A DNA stretch of 64,000 nt, taken from assembly GCA_973895155.1 (NCBI GenBank), contig OZ316899.1, positions 13,643,934-13,707,933 on the forward strand. The letters are read 5' to 3'. A program made the position numbers and the translations under genes. Of this stretch, positions 60,283 through 64,000 are shown in pieces (positions within the stretch are counted from its first letter, which is position 1; every line of letters begins with the position of its first letter). Source of the DNA: Marsupella aquatica (lineage: Eukaryota > Plantae > Marchantiophyta). Under the pieces are notes generated by a model. The model was not told where the DNA came from. It saw nothing but the letters and a program-made list of their open reading frames with translations, and searched no databases.

Positions 60283-60431
60283 TGTTGTAACCCGAGTTAA
60301 CTCTAGCCTAACTAAGGTTAGACCTACCACAGTTGGTTAAGACTAACCGCCTAACTACCCTACCTGCCTAAGGGACTATATGTATTGGAAGAGGAATGAA
60401 TAAAGGAGTTAGTTGTTGATGAGCTATAACA
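60283..60431 (+). repeat. 3' LTR (149 bp)
   Basis: Identical to 54669-54817 and preceded by the PPT. Confidence 0.97.
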
Positions 60432-63400
60432 CAACAAACAATTTATCATCCCAATCGAGTATGTTTTGGGCGACAGTTTTGTTTAATATTTTTCCTATAA
60501 TTCCATTGGCTCGTTTTGTCAACCCATTTGCCTTTGGGTGGTAAGGAGTAGTAGGCCTATGCCTAACTAAATACTGCTCATTTAAATGATTGATTATATC
60601 ATTCAGAAAATGGGTTCCTCTATCACTAACTAATTCTAGGGGTGCGCCATACCTGGTGAAGATCTGCTCATACATGAATTGAGCCGTAGTAATTGCATCA
60701 TCCTTCGTTGTCGGCCTGGCCTCTACCCACTTAGTTGCATATATCCGTGGCCAGGATTATGTACTTGTTCTTCCGAGGATGGGTCAATGGTTTCAAGGGT
60801 CCAATGTAATCAATACCCCACTTCTCAAATGGTGCTAGAGGTAGAATAGGGTGTAGTGGATGTCTTGTGGACGCCCTTGGTCCTCCCGCTTGCTGACAAG
60901 GATCGCATTGTTTGATAAACTGATAGACATCTTTATGCAAGGTGGGCCACCAGTTTTTGGCATTTAATATATTTTTAGACGTGGTTACTGGAGCAAAATG
61001 TCCTTCAACCTCCTCTCCATGCATAGCCCGTAAGACTCGTTTTACCTCTCCCTTCTCCAAACACCTTTGAATCGTGCCGCTGATTCCATACCTGTGTAGC
61101 ATGCCCTTAATGCATTGATACTGTCTAACCTTCCGCAAAAAGACTGCGGCTTGTTCTTGGCTTAGCCCTGGCTGTAACCTGGATGTGCTGAGAAATTGTA
61201 AAATCTCAGGGTACCATGTATCAGCTATTTCCACAATGAATAGCTCCTCGTCGGGAAATCAATCATCGATGCAATCCGTGGCAGGTTCACTTGATCCTTG
61301 AAAAGAAGTCGGCATTGGCATGTAGCTTTCCCGGCTTGATTTTTAGCTCGTAGTCAAATTCCTGTAATAGCAATATCCATCTTGCTACCCTGCCTGTAAG
61401 GTCCGGCTTATTTACTAAGTACTTCAAACTTTCATGATCAGTATGAAAGATTACCTTGTACCCTAGCAAATAATGCCTAAACTTTTTACAGGAATAAATG
61501 ACTCCTAATGCTTCTCTTTCTCTGGTGGAGTAGTTTCGTTCGGCATCGGGAAGCTGGCGGCTTGCAAAGTATATGGGATGGTCCCTTCCTTTCTCATCCA
61601 ACTGACTTAGTACTGAGCCGATACAGAAGCTTGAGACATCTACAAAGACATGAAAGTCCTTGTTCCAGTCTGGTGCTATCACGACTGGGGCCTCCACTAA
61701 CATTTGCTTTAATTCTACCACTGCTGTTACTCGCTCTGGTGTGGGTTTGAAGTCTGCGCCTGCCTTGAGCATGTTGGTTAATGGTAAGGCTAGCTTGGCA
61801 AAATCCTTGATGAACCGGTGATAATAGCCAATGCACCCCAAGAAGGATCTCACATCCTTTATGTTCTTAGGTTGCATGATATCTAGCCATACTGCTAACT
61901 TACCCTTGTCAATTTCAATGCCCCTCTTTGATACCTTGTGACCTAGCAACACACCCTTAGTAACTCCAAAAAAACATTTATCTAGGTGTAACTTGAGACC
62001 TACATCTCTGCATCTCATGAAGGTCTTCTTGAGGTATTTAGCATGTTTCGATGCCTTCCCAAATACTACAAAGTCATCAATGAAGATTTCCATGAACTTT
62101 CTCAAGTAGTCATGGAAAATGTTCACCATTAATCATTGGAACATAGCTGGTGCGTTACAGAGTCCAAACGACATACGATTGAAGACATAGATCCCCCATT
62201 CCATGATGAAGGTCGTCTTGATTTGGTCCTCTTGCCTAATCCTGATTTGGTTATAACTAGAGTACCCATCCATGAATGAGTATAGTTCATGACTGGCTAT
62301 CATGTCTAGTACCATATCAGTAAAGGGTAAAGGAAATTGATCTTTCAACGTAGCCTCATTCAACTTCCTGTAATCCTGACAAACCTGGATCTTGGGTTTA
62401 CCATCGAGTCCAGCTTTCTTGGGAACTATCACAATTGGAGACACCCAGTCTGAGTGTAGGACTGGAGTGATGAATCCGGCTTCCACTAGCTTGTTGATTT
62501 CAGTTTTGACCATCAGGGAATACTTGGGGTTCATCCTTCGAATTGGTCGTCGAAATGATTTGGCCCCTAACATTAGATCAATTCGGTGTTCTCCTAATTT
62601 TGGGTCTACTCCCTTCAGGTCTTGGTGGCTCCATGCAAACACATCCTGAAATTCAACTAGTAATTCACTGATATCCTTCTCAAGCTCAGGTGCTAGGTCC
62701 CGCCCTAACTTCAGTTCTCTTCCTTCTCCTAAGTTGAGCTTCTGGTATTGCCGTGGTTGGATCATATTAATCTGCTTCTTCAAATTTGGGTCCAGCTCGG
62801 CTTCCAGCCTCTCCAGTCTCATACCTCCATAAACTGGAATCTTGGCTGTACTAGCCAAGTTGGTTGGCCGATCCCTTAGTTTTTAATTGTTGTCGATGAT
62901 AGATGGTGTTGTGGATCCTGCCGGCTCTGCCACAACGCCTGAGGAAAATCCACTGTCTCTGGTGCAGCTCCCCACTTAGCTGTTTCATCCAACTGGTCCA
63001 CCTCTTGTGCTTCCTCCGTAATTGAAGCTAAAAAGGTGGACTCTATGGCAAAGCAATTCTCGGTTTCTTCTTTACATTCCTCCAAGTCACTCTCCATAGG
63101 TTCTTGCCATAGTCCACTGGGGGGTACTTCTGGTCCAAAGACACTTTCTTTGGTTAGGTCAGTGAGGCATTCTAGCCAACATACCTCATCGGCTGACTCC
63201 AGTCCATTGTCGTACCCGTCTACCTCCCTGATGCTTCTCCTATGATCATCCTTGGTGTCCCAGGATACTGTGATAGAGGGGGTCCCAAAAGTGAACTCCT
63301 TCTTACCCCAATCCTCTATTACCTTGGCTAGGTAAAGCCATGGCCTGCCAATCAATAGTAAAAATAACGTAGGATTTACCGGGTTCATTACTACATAGTT

Positions 63401-63994
63401 AATGCTAAAGAAGATACCTCCTATCTCAGTCTTGATGCCGGTTAACACTCCCGTGGGAATGACCTGATACCCATTGGCCATGTTCAACACTCTTCTAGTC
63501 ATCTCCGGCATTAGACCCCACCCTTTTGTTGTTGAATCAATCATAATACATACCCCTGATCCTCCATCGATGGGTACCCGTAGTAATATTTCTCCATGAA
63601 TCATTAATGGTAATGTTGGGGCTCCTTGATCTTCTTCTATCATCAGCACGTCGGATCTGGTTGCTACCTTGGGTAATCTCGGCTTGCCCAGAATCGCCTT
63701 CCTTAACTGTTTTCAAAAGTACGGGCTATTTTTGAATAGTTGACCTACTATTGCCGAGACTCTAGATTCTAATACATCTTTAGCCAGGTCATAGGGGGCT
63801 ATCGGCTTCTCTTCTAGCGGTGTCTCCATCTTGGCTTTGGCTTGTTTCACGCTAGTTTCCATAGGCGTCGGATCTTTTGAAGCAAACAACGCTTTTGCTC
63901 GTTTCACATCCTTGGCTATGGCTTTGGTATTCTCCAAGGTTTCTAATTCTTGCAGTTGTTCCTTAACACTAGCCGTAATAGAGGGGTAGAACAA
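60432..63994 (-). pseudogene. Gypsy gag-tail/PR-RT-RH-IN pseudogene
   Basis: ORF pieces 63713-63994, 62876-63649, 62133-62858, 61287-62129, 60731-61234 and 60432-60675. Confidence 0.92.
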
Positions 63995-64000
63995 CTTAGG

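Larger units (their letters stand above)
54669..60431 (+). mobile_element. Intact young Ty1/copia (Bianca-like), 5763 bp
   Basis: Identical 149-bp LTRs, TSD CAACA, PBS CGTTATCAGCACGA, PPT AAGGGGGAG and a single intact ORF. Confidence 0.97.
53356..64000 (-). mobile_element. Decayed Ty3/gypsy element (outermost host), partial
   Basis: Protease (IDGGSGV), RT (FIDDF), RNase H (FVDVS..YSTREREAL) and integrase (H..GH..C..C, SDRGTHF) continuing across the copia insertion to ~54120. Stops and frameshifts present. Confidence 0.92.

Noticed and set aside
62860-62900. CAATTA near the protease/RT boundary of the old gypsy as a second readthrough site
   Set aside because: It is not directly preceded by a stop codon and the flanking ORFs are out of frame; the element is too decayed to call.

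Overview
A land-plant repeat region (TTTAGGG tracts, plant TE families; fern, lycophyte or bryophyte-like by inference) made entirely of nested transposons, with no host gene recognised. The outermost visible layer is a decayed Ty3/gypsy element (53356-64000, minus strand). It carries an intact young Ty1/copia (54669-60431) and the right end of a large CACTA element (ends 53355). Inside the CACTA are a decayed copia (1-3029), three solo LTRs of one family, and two large Mutator-like (MULE) elements: A (3525-15433, TIRs plus 9-bp TSD) and B (~21100-48758, itself hit by a gypsy, one of the solo LTRs and a MITE). The main candidate new system is shared by both MULEs. A DDE/SWIM transposase is paired head-to-head with a spliced gene encoding an N-terminal ParB/Srx-like domain (DGNHR) and a beta-class N6A/N4C methyltransferase-like fold. 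Each element carries many copies of its own palindrome (A: TAGCGCCNGGCGCTA; B: TCTCGGMGA-N3-TCKCCGAGA), almost all in introns and intergenic DNA. This resembles a ParB/parS-type self-recognition or anti-silencing module. B also carries Ulp1-like and F-box-like cargo. The young gypsy has a TGA-CAA-TTA readthrough junction and lacks RNase H and integrase. All domain calls come from motif recognition by eye; no searches were run.
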